Assembly (NCBI GenBank): GCA_036509895.1
Contig: DATCEV010000055.1
Coordinates: forward strand, 12,473 to 76,472
Direction: 5' to 3'
Origin: Verrucomicrobiia bacterium
GTDB taxonomy: Bacteria; Verrucomicrobiota; Verrucomicrobiia; Limisphaerales; UBA11358
DNA: 64,000 nucleotides
Each line of letters begins with the position of its first letter. Position 1 is the first letter of the stretch. The notes under the pieces are model-generated. The model saw nothing but the letters and a program-made list of their open reading frames with translations, was not told where the DNA came from and searched no databases. The position numbers and the translations under genes are program-made. Below are positions 36,242 to 46,193 of the stretch, one piece after another.

Positions 36242-36868
36242 TCACCTCCGCAAAAACTTTGCCACCGCTTCCGTGCGCGTGCGCACCTGCAATTTTTCGT
36301 AAATGCGGCGGATGTAGGTATGGACGGTTTCGTAGCTGATGGCAAGTTTGTCCGCGATTTCTTTATACATCAATCCCTTGCTCAAAAGATCGAGCACCTG
36401 CTGTTCGCGTTCGGAAAGATTTTCGGTGGCGGATGCCGTGGCCGCCGTTTGCTGGAAGGACTGCACGACTTTGCGCGCGATGTGCATGGTCATGGGCGAG
36501 CCGCCGCGATGCACTTCCTGGATGGCTTCCAGCAATTCCCGGCTGGACGTGCGCTTGAGCATGTAACCGTTCGCGCCCGCCGCCAGCGCGTTGAAAATAT
36601 TTTCCGTGTCCTCATAAACCGTGAGCATCATCACCTGGATCTGCGGCAGGATTTTTTTCAATTGCTGGACGCATTTCACGCCGTTGATGCCGGGCAGGTT
36701 GATGTCCATCAGCACGACATCCGGCTTGATCTGCGGCAAATCTTTCAGCGCGTCCTCGGCATTCGCGTATTGGCTGACGCAGCGAAAACCTTCCGCGCGA
36801 TTGAGCACACGCGCGAGCGTCTCGCGCAGTTTGTCATTGTCCTCGACGATGGAAACGGTGACGGGCAT
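36242..36868 (-). CDS. NarL/LuxR-family response regulator
   Basis: REC domain VSIVEDND..DVVLMDINLPG plus LuxR HTH LSEREQQVLDLLSKGLMYKEIADKLAISYETVHTYIRRIYEKL. Start at MPVTV; the track ORF extends through a repeat. Confidence 0.85.
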   Translation of the reverse strand: MPVTVSIVEDNDKLRETLARVLNRAEGFRCVSQYANAEDALKDLPQIKPDVVLMDINLPGINGVKCVQQLKKILPQIQVMMLTVYEDTENIFNALAAGANGYMLKRTSSRELLEAIQEVHRGGSPMTMHIARKVVQSFQQTAATASATENLSEREQQVLDLLSKGLMYKEIADKLAISYETVHTYIRRIYEKLQVRTRTEAVAKFLRR

Positions 36869-36877
36869 AATTAAATC

Positions 36878-37013
36878 AGCCACAGATAAGCACAGATGGA
36901 CACAAATGCCGAAAAGTTTTTCCAGCAATTTTAGGAATTTTTCGGATTGAATTTGCGTTGCTTCAACCAATTCAAGCTTCTCCATTTGTGTTTATCTGTG
37001 TGCATCTGTGGCT
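36878..37013. repeat. Largest family A inverted repeat (31-nt arms, loop about 74 nt) filling the kinase-regulator gap
   Basis: agccacagataagcacagatggacacaaatg ... catttgtgtttatctgtgtgcatctgtggct. The kinase stop codon lies in the right arm. Confidence 0.8.
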
Positions 37014-39885
37014 AAATAATTGGAACCGTCAGGCGGATAATCGTTCCGCCATTTTTTCCCGGCGAAATGGAAAATTCCCCGCGAAGGTCGCTCATGCGTT
37101 TTTTCATGTTGCGCAGACCGTTCCGGTTTTGCGCGGAATCAGGATTGCCGAAGCCGCAGCCGTTGTCTTCAATTTCCAGAGTAAAATTGTCCGGCGACAA
37201 TCGCAGGCGAATCCAGGCTTCGGAGGCGTGCGCGTGTTTGACGACGTTGTGGACGGCTTCCTTGAACGCGAGAAAAGCGTTGTGGCGGACGTCCGGCGGA
37301 ATTTCCTGTGCCGGCAATTGCGTCGGCACATCCACGCGATAACGCACACCGGCCAGCGCAAAATAATCCTGCGCGTATTTGCAGGCGTAATTTGCCAAGC
37401 CTTCGAGCGTGTCATTGGACGGATTGACGGCCCAGACAATTTCATCGAGCGAACGGGTCGTTTCGCGCGCGGTTTGGGAAATCTGTTGCGCGTGTGATTC
37501 GATTTCGTCCGGCGAATTTTTATCGGCCCCGGCCATTTCGCCGAGCAAGGCGACTTGCGTCAGGTTTGCGCCAAGCTGGTCGTGCAGGTCGCGCGCGATG
37601 CGTCCGCGTTCTTTTTCCAATGTTTCCTGCTGTTTGAACAATTGCAATTCGCGCTGCAATTTTTGCGTGGAAAAATAACGGACGATGGCCACGACGATTC
37701 CGAGAAAAACTAAAACCATTGCGAGCCGAAACCACCAGGTCTGCCAGAATTGCGGTTGCACGGTGATTTCCAGCGACGCGCCGTTTTTATTCCACACGCC
37801 GTCTTCGTTGCACGCGATGACGTGAAAACGATAATGGCCGGGCGAGAGTTGGCTGTAATGCGCCGCGCGCGTCTGGCCCGCCGCCGTCCAGCCGGTGTCG
37901 CGGCCTTCGAGCCGGTATTGGAAACGCACGGCCTCCGGCGCGGAAAAATCCAGCGCGGTATAATCCACTTCCAATTGTTCGCGGCCCGGCGGAATGACGA
38001 TGGCTTGCGGCCACGCGGAATTGAGCCGGTTGGTTTTTTGTTCGCGTCCGTCCACCCAAACAGATTCGATCAAAACCGGCGGCGGCTGCAAATCGGGTTT
38101 GAGTTCCGCCGGATTCAGCGAGACCACGCCTTTGGTGGTGGGAAAAAATAATTTTCCATCCGGCGCGCGGATCGCCGCCGGTTGCGAACCGCTGGAACAT
38201 TCGCGCGTCGGCAAGCCGTCGGTTTCCACATACGTCCGGCAAAAAATGACGGCATTGGTTCCGGCGGCCGCCAGCGATTTTTCTTCAACGCGCATGAGGC
38301 CGGCGTTCGAGCCGATCCATAAATTGCCGTCGCCATCTTCAACGAGGTAACTGATGCTGTCGCTGGCCAAACCGCTGGCGGTGGAATAATGAATCCAGTT
38401 TCCATTTTGAAATCGCGCCAGTCCGTGCCCGGAAGTGCCGATCCATAAAACGCCGTCTGGATCCGCGTAAAGACACGAAATATCATTGCCGGGCAAACCG
38501 TTTTCAGAGGGTTGATAAGAAATAAATTTTCCGCCCTTGAAAAAATTCAAGCCGCCGTTTTCGGTGCCGACCCATAAATTTCCGTCAACATCTTGCGTGA
38601 TGGCGCGGACGCGGTTTTCCGACAAACCATCGCGCGTCGTAAAAAGCTTCCATTTTTTCCCATCGAAATTTGCGAGGCCGTTTTGCGTGCCCGCCCATAA
38701 TTGTCCGCTGCGATCTTCAAACAACGCAAAAATCTGCGGGCCGAGAATTTCCGCGCCGGGCGCGGGAACGAATTGATTGGTTTGAAAAAGGAAAAGTCCT
38801 TCTTCGGAAGTTCCGGCCCAAACTTGCCGCCGCCGATCCACCAGCACGGCCCACGCGCCTTTTCGCGGTCCCAGAGTGAAATCCTGCGTGGAATTTGTCT
38901 GCCAATGCGAAATTCCAAAGGCGTTGAATGCGATCCATAAACCGCCGCGTCCGTCTTGGGCGATGGATTGGGCGGGCAACGAATGAGTTCCGTCCGGCGG
39001 GTTGAAAATTTTTCTTTTGAGCCGGTTCAAGCCGTCGCCGTCGGTGCCCACCCAAAGATTTCCCGCATTGTCCAAACATAAAGAAAGAACAAAAGCCGAC
39101 GACAATCCTTGTTCCTGCGAGAGGTGCTGGAATTTTCCGTTGGCGTCATACCAAAAAATTCCATCGCCGAGGGTGCCGACGATCAAGTTGCCATTTTCAT
39201 CTTCGCACGCGGCGGTGACAATGGTGGTTTCGGTCCAGGGAAAAGCGCCAAAATCTTTTTCGAGCCGGCCATCTTTCCATTTTTGAATCCGATTTTCCTG
39301 AATTTGCCAAAAACCGCCGGAACGGCTGGGCAACAACATTTTCAACGCGCGCCGCACCAGTTCCAGCGAAATCATGGACGGATCGCTGGTCATTTTTCCA
39401 TTTTGATAATAACTCATGCGGCCATCAGCCGTGTAAAACCAGAGCACATGATGCGCGTCTTCATAAGCATAAATGGCGCGTCCTTCGTGGCCGGCCTGGC
39501 CGAGCGGAAATTTTTCCAATTTTCCATTCTTGAGCAGGGCCACGCTGCCGGCATCCGTTCCGACCCAGAGATTCGTCCGGCTGTCTTCAAACAAAAGCAC
39601 AATCCGGTCGCTGTCCAACCCCGGCAAATTGCTTTCGTTAAAAACGGTGAAACGAATTCCGTCGAAGCGGACGAGGCCGTTGAGCGTGCCCAGCCAGAGA
39701 TAACCGTCCGCGCTTTGGACAATGGAAATGACCGAGCTTTGCGGCAGTCCCTGCCGCGTGCTCCAGGCATCAATGATGAAGGGGGAATTGGAAAATTCCG
39801 CCGCGCGCAAAATGGCAGAAAAAGCAAACGTCAAAACGCCGAGCCATGATTTTGCGAGTTGAAGTTTGCGCCGGTGCGTTGGCAT
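37012..39885 (-). CDS. Sensor histidine kinase with periplasmic beta-propeller repeats and a Y_Y_Y-like domain
   Basis: Many repeats of the LW(V/I)GT..GL type, then a TM segment, a HisKA_3-like block (IARDLHDQLG) and an HATPase block (IEDNGCGF). 957 aa. Confidence 0.85.
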   Translation of the reverse strand: MPTHRRKLQLAKSWLGVLTFAFSAILRAAEFSNSPFIIDAWSTRQGLPQSSVISIVQSADGYLWLGTLNGLVRFDGIRFTVFNESNLPGLDSDRIVLLFEDSRTNLWVGTDAGSVALLKNGKLEKFPLGQAGHEGRAIYAYEDAHHVLWFYTADGRMSYYQNGKMTSDPSMISLELVRRALKMLLPSRSGGFWQIQENRIQKWKDGRLEKDFGAFPWTETTIVTAACEDENGNLIVGTLGDGIFWYDANGKFQHLSQEQGLSSAFVLSLCLDNAGNLWVGTDGDGLNRLKRKIFNPPDGTHSLPAQSIAQDGRGGLWIAFNAFGISHWQTNSTQDFTLGPRKGAWAVLVDRRRQVWAGTSEEGLFLFQTNQFVPAPGAEILGPQIFALFEDRSGQLWAGTQNGLANFDGKKWKLFTTRDGLSENRVRAITQDVDGNLWVGTENGGLNFFKGGKFISYQPSENGLPGNDISCLYADPDGVLWIGTSGHGLARFQNGNWIHYSTASGLASDSISYLVEDGDGNLWIGSNAGLMRVEEKSLAAAGTNAVIFCRTYVETDGLPTRECSSGSQPAAIRAPDGKLFFPTTKGVVSLNPAELKPDLQPPPVLIESVWVDGREQKTNRLNSAWPQAIVIPPGREQLEVDYTALDFSAPEAVRFQYRLEGRDTGWTAAGQTRAAHYSQLSPGHYRFHVIACNEDGVWNKNGASLEITVQPQFWQTWWFRLAMVLVFLGIVVAIVRYFSTQKLQRELQLFKQQETLEKERGRIARDLHDQLGANLTQVALLGEMAGADKNSPDEIESHAQQISQTARETTRSLDEIVWAVNPSNDTLEGLANYACKYAQDYFALAGVRYRVDVPTQLPAQEIPPDVRHNAFLAFKEAVHNVVKHAHASEAWIRLRLSPDNFTLEIEDNGCGFGNPDSAQNRNGLRNMKKRMSDLRGEFSISPGKNGGTIIRLTVPII

Positions 39886-40115
39886 GGATGATTTTTCGGA
39901 TTATCCGGGTTGAATGTAAAGCCTGGAAGCGAGGAGCGACCGCCTCGCTCAAAAAATTGTCTCAAAAAAACTTGCCAGATGGTGCGGTTGAATTATTTTG
40001 TTAATGCCCAATGAGAACTGGGCGCTCGGCGGGCGTGGGCGATAAAAAAAATTCGTGTGTAATCCCTGCGCCCGCCGTCATCTTTTTTAACCCGCAAAAA
40101 TCCAAAGCTAACCGG

Positions 40116-40200
40116 TGGTGCCCACGACAGGACTTGAACCTGTATGATTTTACTCACTAGAACCTGAATCTAGCGCGTCTGCCAATTCCGCCACGTGGGC
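40116..40200 (-). tRNA. tRNA-Leu (anticodon CAG) with a long variable arm and encoded CCA
   Basis: Hand fold: acceptor GCCCACG/CGTGGGC, anticodon stem CTAGA/TCTAG with loop TTCAGGT, T arm ACAGG-TTCAAGT-CCTGT, 3' ACCA. Confidence 0.85.
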
Positions 40201-40389
40201 AATTTGAAGGGCCAACGAATCCAGTCTCCGTTGCCCGCAAACTTTACAAAAGAGTTCGCGGTGGGCGCAAGCCTCCATTTGGCGAAGATAGCCCGCCAAT
40301 CCTTAACTTAATAGAAATGCCGGATTGCGAAGATTCGATCATTAAAATTTTCCGCTTTGCACTGCGCGGTTTGAAACTAGAATCATTTT

Positions 40390-41376
40390 GTGAATTTAGC
40401 CGTTGGCCCATTTCCAAATTATCGCCCGCGCCGTTTGCGGTCGTCGCCCGCGCTGCGCAAACTCGTTTGCGAAACGCGCTTGAGCGTGGAGCAACTCGTT
40501 TTGCCGCTGTTCGTCCGCGCGGGAAAAAAATTGCGCCGCGAAATTTCCGCGATGCCCGGCGTTTTTCAATTTTCGCCGGACGAACTTTTGCGCGAAGCGA
40601 CCGCCGCCCACAAACTCGGCGTTCCCGCAGTTTTGCTTTTTGGAATTCCCGAAAAAAAAGACGCCCAGGCTGCCGGCGCGTTCGCAAAAAATGGAATCGT
40701 GCAACAAACGGTCCGGCTGTTGAAAAAAAAATTGCCGGAATTGCTCGTCATCACGGACGTTTGTTTGTGTGAATATATGGCGCACGGACACTGTGGAATT
40801 GTTGCGAACGGAAAAATTTTGAACGACGCGACTTTGAAAATTCTCGCGCAAACGGCATTGAGCCATGCGGAAGCGGGCGCGGATTTAATCGCGCCGAGCG
40901 ACATGATGGATGGTCGCGTGGCGGCGATTCGCGCCGCGCTGGATAAAAATGGTTTTACCGAAATGCCGATCATGTCTTACGCGGCAAAATTTGCGTCGGC
41001 GTTTTACGGGCCGTTTCGCGAAGCTGCGGAAAGCACGCCGCAATTTGGCGACCGGCGCAGTTATCAAATGGATTCCGCCAACGCCAGCGAAGCGTTGCGC
41101 GAAGTGGCGATGGACATTCGCGAAGGCGCGGACATCGTGATGGTCAAACCGGCACTGTCGTATTTGGATTTGATTTGGCGCGTGAAAAAAGAATTTGGCT
41201 ATCCGACGGCGGCCTATTCGGTGAGCGCGGAATTTTCCATGATCAAAGCGGCGGCGCAACGCGGCTGGATTGACGAACGCGCCGTGACGTTGGAAAGTTT
41301 GCTGGCGATGCGTCGCGCGGGCGCGGATATTTTGATCACTTACGCGGCGGCGGATGTGGCGAAGTGGCTTAAATAA
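40390..41376 (+). CDS. hemB: Porphobilinogen synthase (delta-aminolevulinate dehydratase)
   Basis: RPRRLR, Zn-type Cys cluster DVCLCEYMAHGHCG, MVKPA and YSVSAEFSM. GTG start. Confidence 0.9.
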   Translation: MNLAVGPFPNYRPRRLRSSPALRKLVCETRLSVEQLVLPLFVRAGKKLRREISAMPGVFQFSPDELLREATAAHKLGVPAVLLFGIPEKKDAQAAGAFAKNGIVQQTVRLLKKKLPELLVITDVCLCEYMAHGHCGIVANGKILNDATLKILAQTALSHAEAGADLIAPSDMMDGRVAAIRAALDKNGFTEMPIMSYAAKFASAFYGPFREAAESTPQFGDRRSYQMDSANASEALREVAMDIREGADIVMVKPALSYLDLIWRVKKEFGYPTAAYSVSAEFSMIKAAAQRGWIDERAVTLESLLAMRRAGADILITYAAADVAKWLK

Positions 41377-41512
41377 AAGTTCAAAAATTTTAAGTTCGTC
41401 TTTCAGGTTTGCAAATTCAATGAAAGCCTCAACTTTGGTTGAAGTGAACGCGCGCTTTTAGTTTGACCCTGATTGGCTTCGCTGGTTACGCTTCATCTTC
41501 CTTTTTGTCACT

Positions 41513-43186
41513 ATGATCGGAACGATTCGCAAACATTCAAAATGGCTTTGGCTGGTTATCGCCGCCCTCACCATCATTTCATTTGTTTATTACTTCAATC
41601 CCAGCCAGCGGATGAGCAGCGGCAACGGCGGCGGCAGCTCCAACTTCGGCTCCATCTATGGCCAGCAGATTTCACTCGATGAATATCAAAGCGCGCAGCG
41701 CGAGTTTTATATTTTTTACCTTTTCCACAACGGCACGTGGCCGGACAAAAGCATTTCCCAAAGCGATCTCCAGCGCGAAGTTTATCTGCGCCTGCTGATC
41801 TTGAAAAAAGCCGCGAAACTCGGCGTCCATGTCAGCGATGACGAAGCCGCCGCGCGCGCCAATGAGATGCTCCACTCGCAGGAACTCGCGCGCGTGCTGC
41901 ATGTGAAAGGCGAAAGCGTCCCGCTCGATGCCTTTGTGAAACAGGTTTTGCAACCGCAAGGTTTGAGCGCCGACGACTTTGAAAATTTTGCGCGGCACGA
42001 CATCGTGATTCAGGAACTCGTGCAGGCGCTTGGTTTGTCCGGCGACCTCGTCACGCCGCAGGAAGCCGCCGCGCTGTATGCGCAGGAACACCAGGAATTT
42101 TCCGCGCAAATCGTTTTTTTCTCCGCCTCAAATTATGTATCGCAGGTCACCGTCACGCCCGCAGCCGTCGCGCAATTTTATACGAATTATCTGGCCGAAT
42201 ATCGCGTGCCTGACCGCGTGCAGGTCAGCTATGTTGAATTCAACGTCACAAACTATCTGGCGCAAGCGCAGGCGGAATTGGAGAAAACGAACCTGGACGA
42301 AATCATTGAAGCCGATTACGACCAGTTGCCCACCAATTATTTTCCCGACGTAAAAACTCCCGCCGAAGGAAAGGCCAAAGTCCGCGAAATTCTCATCCGC
42401 CAGCGCGCCTTGAGCGATGCGCACATACAGGCAAACGCCTTTGCCACCACCGTATTCCAAACGGACCCGGCCAAACCGGAAAACCTCGCGCTCGTCGCCA
42501 AACAAAAAGGATTGACCGTCCAAACCACCGCGCCCTTTGACAGCGAAACCGGCCCGTCAGAATTTTCCGCGCCCGCAGATTTCACCAAAGCCGCGTTCGG
42601 ACTCGCGCCCGACGAACCCTTTGCCGGTCCCCTCGTCGCGCCGGACGGCATATATATCATCGCCTATGATCGGCAACTGCCCGGCGAAATCCTGCCTTTT
42701 TCGCAAATCCACGCCCGCGTCACGCATGATTTTCAGATCGCACAAGCCACCGCGCTCGCCCAGCGCGCCGGCACAAATTTCTCCCGCACATTGACCGCCG
42801 ATCTTGCCAATGGAAAAAATTTTGCTGCCGCGTGCGTGGCCGCCGGAATGCCGCCGCAAACCCTGCCGCCCTTTTCCTTGAGCACCAGCGAACTGCCCGA
42901 GATTGGCGACCGCGCCGAATTGAACCAGTTGAAGCAAGCCGCCTTCACCGCCGCCACCGGCCACGCCAGCGGATTTGAGCAGACGGCGGACGGCGGATTT
43001 ATCCTGTTCGTCCAATCCCGGCTGGCCGCCGACCCCACGGCCATGAACGCCGACCTGCCGCAATTCACCGCCGCCCTCCGCCGTTCCCGCGCGGACGAGG
43101 CCTTTCAAAACTGGCTCAACCAGGAAGCCAACCGCGAACTGCGCAATACGCCGCTGTTCAAAGACCAGTTGGCGGGTGAAAAATAA
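41513..43186 (+). CDS. PpiD/SurA-N-like periplasmic chaperone
   Basis: MIGTIRKHSKWLWLVIAALTIISFVYYF is the typical PpiD N-terminal anchor. 557 aa. Confidence 0.7.
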   Translation: MIGTIRKHSKWLWLVIAALTIISFVYYFNPSQRMSSGNGGGSSNFGSIYGQQISLDEYQSAQREFYIFYLFHNGTWPDKSISQSDLQREVYLRLLILKKAAKLGVHVSDDEAAARANEMLHSQELARVLHVKGESVPLDAFVKQVLQPQGLSADDFENFARHDIVIQELVQALGLSGDLVTPQEAAALYAQEHQEFSAQIVFFSASNYVSQVTVTPAAVAQFYTNYLAEYRVPDRVQVSYVEFNVTNYLAQAQAELEKTNLDEIIEADYDQLPTNYFPDVKTPAEGKAKVREILIRQRALSDAHIQANAFATTVFQTDPAKPENLALVAKQKGLTVQTTAPFDSETGPSEFSAPADFTKAAFGLAPDEPFAGPLVAPDGIYIIAYDRQLPGEILPFSQIHARVTHDFQIAQATALAQRAGTNFSRTLTADLANGKNFAAACVAAGMPPQTLPPFSLSTSELPEIGDRAELNQLKQAAFTAATGHASGFEQTADGGFILFVQSRLAADPTAMNADLPQFTAALRRSRADEAFQNWLNQEANRELRNTPLFKDQLAGEK

Positions 43187-43262
43187 TCGCGCGCCTTCTT
43201 GAATTGATTCTTGAACCGGAATCCATTTTGATTGCGCTGGAAATTTCGATTATTATTGTCGC

Positions 43263-44063
43263 GTGAGCATCAAACTTTCTTCGCCCGCCACGCGCGAATT
43301 TTGGGAAATCCCCGTTCTCTTTGAGGACGAACATTTGCTCGCGCTCGACCAGCCTGCCGGACTTCCGACTTCACCCGAGGCCGGCCAGTTTGATGGGCGA
43401 CCGAGCTTGATGAAATTGCTCCACGCCGCCATCGCGGAAAAAAAACCGTGGGCGCGCGAACGCCAACTGGATTATTTGATGAACGCGCACAGCCTCGACC
43501 CCGAAACCAGCGGCGTGATCCTGCTCGCCAAAAACAAATCCGCCTTCGTCGCGCTTTCTAATCTGTTCAGTTCGGGAAAAATCGCGGAAAAATATATCGT
43601 GCTCGTGCGCGGCGAACCGCTGGAAGAAAAATTTGAAGTGAACGTCAAAATCGCGCCGCATCCGGTCACGCCCGGCCTGATGCGGGTTGATTCCAAGGAC
43701 GGCAAGCCATCGCAGACGAAATTTGAAGTGCTGGAAAATTTCCAGCGCCACGGCTACGCGCTGTTGAAATGCGAACCGCTCATCGCACGCACGCACCAAA
43801 TCCGCGTTCATTTACAGCATATTGATTTGAAAATCGTCGGCGACGAACTTTACGGCGGCAAACCGCTCTGGCTTTCGCGGTTGAAAAAAGATTATCGGCT
43901 CAAACCCGGACGCGAAGAACGCGCGCTGATTTCCCGCGCCGCGCTGCACGCGGAAGAATTGATTTTCCCGCATCCCGTCACGAACGAGACCGTGACCATC
44001 AAAAGCGAATGGCCGAAAGATTTGAAAGTCGCGATAAAGTATCTGCGACAATTTTCAAAATAA
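43263..44063 (+). CDS. RluA-family pseudouridine synthase
   Basis: HSLDPETSGVILLAK (catalytic Asp motif) and RTHQIRVHL. GTG start. Confidence 0.8.
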   Translation: MSIKLSSPATREFWEIPVLFEDEHLLALDQPAGLPTSPEAGQFDGRPSLMKLLHAAIAEKKPWARERQLDYLMNAHSLDPETSGVILLAKNKSAFVALSNLFSSGKIAEKYIVLVRGEPLEEKFEVNVKIAPHPVTPGLMRVDSKDGKPSQTKFEVLENFQRHGYALLKCEPLIARTHQIRVHLQHIDLKIVGDELYGGKPLWLSRLKKDYRLKPGREERALISRAALHAEELIFPHPVTNETVTIKSEWPKDLKVAIKYLRQFSK

Positions 44064-44150
44064 TTTTTAGATAGAATTACAGAATTAACGAAATCGAATT
44101 TTGACTCTGAACATTCCATTAATTATGTCCAAAAAATCTTATCGTTTGGC

Positions 44151-44420
44151 TTATTTTTCCGGCGAAAATCCGTCCGACAACCACATATCCGCCGGCAGCC
44201 ACGTTTCTTTTCCATCTTTGTGATGGCAAATCACAGTCGCGCCTTTATGTCCGACGGAAAAAGAAGTCACCGGACTGCGCGATTCAAAATCGTCTTCCGC
44301 GATGGCGGCAAACTCGATTCCGTTCACAAAATCCTTCGACTGCACAAAAAGTTTTTTCGTCGAAGCATCATACCAAACGCGTTCGACGCACAGTTCTTCA
44401 ATGGAAATATCCACGCTCAT
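44151..44420 (-). CDS. DUF2442-like small protein
   Basis: Start MSVDISIEEL chosen inside track ORF 44151..44561. It pairs with the upstream DUF4160-like gene through a 23-nt overlap. Confidence 0.45.
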   Translation of the reverse strand: MSVDISIEELCVERVWYDASTKKLFVQSKDFVNGIEFAAIAEDDFESRSPVTSFSVGHKGATVICHHKDGKETWLPADMWLSDGFSPEK

Positions 44421-44610
44421 GCAATTCACTGATAAACTTTTCCAGACCGGCTTGCAAATTTTTATTCCATGCTTTTTCCAATCCTCGGGTCGGCCCGTCA
44501 ATTTTGTCATAAACGCCGATTTCGTCGTCATCCGTAAAAACGTGAATATGCCGTCCACCATGATCGGAAAGCGTGAACTGGAAAATATAACCTGAATATT
44601 TTCGCCTCAT
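44398..44610 (-). CDS. DUF4160-like small protein
   Basis: GYIFQFTLSDHGGRHIHVF matches the DUF4160 pattern, a hydrophobic strand followed by E/DH..PHxHV. Confidence 0.6.
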   Translation of the reverse strand: MRRKYSGYIFQFTLSDHGGRHIHVFTDDDEIGVYDKIDGPTRGLEKAWNKNLQAGLEKFISELHERGYFH

Positions 44611-44615
44611 TTGAT

Positions 44616-45512
44616 TTACGAAATCGCCCAGTTCAAAATCGCCTTTTGCACATGCAGCCGGTTTTCCGCCTGCGTGAAAATCGTGTCCGCGTTCGCTTCA
44701 AAAATTTCTTCGTCAATTTCCTTGCCGCGATATGCGGGCAAACAGTGCATCACGAGTGCGTCCGGTTTCGCCAGCTTCACAATTTTTTGATTGATTTGAT
44801 AGCCGCTCAAAATTTTCAGGCGCTCGGCGGATTCATTTTCCTTGCCCATCGAAACCCAAACGTCCGTGTAAAGTAAATCCGCGCCTTTGGCCGCCTTTTC
44901 CAAATTGTCCGTGCAAATAATTTTTCCGCCCGCGCGTTTCAAAATTTCCGCCGACGGCTGGAATTTTTTCGGCGCGGCGATCCGCAGTTCAAAATTTAAT
45001 TTCGCCGCCGCAAAAATCCACGACAGCGGCACGTTGCACGCGCCGTCGCCGACAAACGTCACGACTTTGCCGGAAATCGGGCCGCGCAATTCCTTGAACG
45101 TGAAAATGTCCGCGAGAATCTGGCACGGATGCTCGTCGTCCGTGAGCGCGTTGATGGTCGGGATTTTCGAAAATTCGGCAAATTCGTCTACGTCGCTCTG
45201 CGCAAACGTGCGGATGACCGCGCCATGAACCATGCGGCCCAAAACGCGCGCGGTGTCCTTGATCGGCTCGCCGCGACCGAGCTGGATGTCATTCGCGTTG
45301 AGAAAAATCACTTTTCCGCCCAACTCGCGAATACCAACCTCGAACGAAACGCGCGTGCGCGTGGACGATTTGGAAAACATCAGCGCCCAGGTTTGTCCGG
45401 CCAGCGGAATTTTATCCACGCGGGTGCGTTCGCGTTTGAAAATCGCGGCGTCACGCAAGATTTTTTCAAAATCCGCGACCGCCAATTTTTCCAATGACAA
45501 TAAATTTTTCAT
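44616..45512 (-). CDS. argF: Ornithine carbamoyltransferase
   Basis: FSKSSTRTRVSFE, DDEHPCQ and HCLPAYRG. Confidence 0.9.
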   Translation of the reverse strand: MKNLLSLEKLAVADFEKILRDAAIFKRERTRVDKIPLAGQTWALMFSKSSTRTRVSFEVGIRELGGKVIFLNANDIQLGRGEPIKDTARVLGRMVHGAVIRTFAQSDVDEFAEFSKIPTINALTDDEHPCQILADIFTFKELRGPISGKVVTFVGDGACNVPLSWIFAAAKLNFELRIAAPKKFQPSAEILKRAGGKIICTDNLEKAAKGADLLYTDVWVSMGKENESAERLKILSGYQINQKIVKLAKPDALVMHCLPAYRGKEIDEEIFEANADTIFTQAENRLHVQKAILNWAIS

Positions 45513-45569
45513 ATTCGATTCGGAAATTTTCGCCCAAAGGAAAGTTTGTAACCAAAACGGCGCGGCGCG

Positions 45570-46193
45570 TCACTTCTTTTTCTTCAGCGCATCCGCTGCG
45601 CGCCAGAGAAACCACGCGGCGGTCGTGCGATGCGGTTTCCATTTTTCGCCGTGCGCGAGCAGTTCTTTCACCGTCGGCATTTCGCGTTTCTTGTAAGCAT
45701 GACGAAAACCAGTGCGCACGCCAAAATCGGCGGCGGGCAAAACATCAAGCCGGCCAAGTTGAAAAATCAAAAGCATCTCGACTGTCCAGCGCCCCACGCC
45801 ACGAACTTCGGTCAGCCGCGCGACAATTTCATCGTCGGATAATTTCACGATCTCGCGCGAAGTCGGGATCACGCCGGACCGGCTTTTTTCAGCGATGTCA
45901 CGGATGGATTTTATTTTCGCGAAGGAAAATCCGGCGGCGCGGATTTGCGCGTCCGTCACCTTCGCCAAATCTTCCGGTCGCGGAAATCTGCGTCCGGGAA
46001 AAAGTTTTTTGAAGCGCGAGAGAATTGTGTTCGCCGCCGTGCCGTTGAGTTGCTGATGCGCGACGGCCATGACCAATGATTGAAATGGTGAGCGTCGTTT
46101 TTCCGGCACGAGCGCACAAAATCCGTGCTCGCGAATCAGCAATTTCAAAACCGGATCGCGTTCGGCCAAGTGTTTGTGCGCGGCGGGCGTCAT
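45570..46193 (-). CDS. DNA-3-methyladenine glycosylase II-like (HhH-GPD)
   Basis: LTEVRGVGRWTVEMLLIF and LPAADFGV. Confidence 0.75.
   Translation of the reverse strand: MTPAAHKHLAERDPVLKLLIREHGFCALVPEKRRSPFQSLVMAVAHQQLNGTAANTILSRFKKLFPGRRFPRPEDLAKVTDAQIRAAGFSFAKIKSIRDIAEKSRSGVIPTSREIVKLSDDEIVARLTEVRGVGRWTVEMLLIFQLGRLDVLPAADFGVRTGFRHAYKKREMPTVKELLAHGEKWKPHRTTAAWFLWRAADALKKKK

Noticed and set aside
35205-40020. 13-nt direct repeat cccaatgagaact at about 35205 and about 40008, flanking the two-component locus next to tRNA-Leu; a possible att pair.
   Set aside because: Exact 13-mers are expected by chance tens of times among all position pairs in 64 kb. The repeat does not overlap the tRNA 3' end, and no integrase is present.
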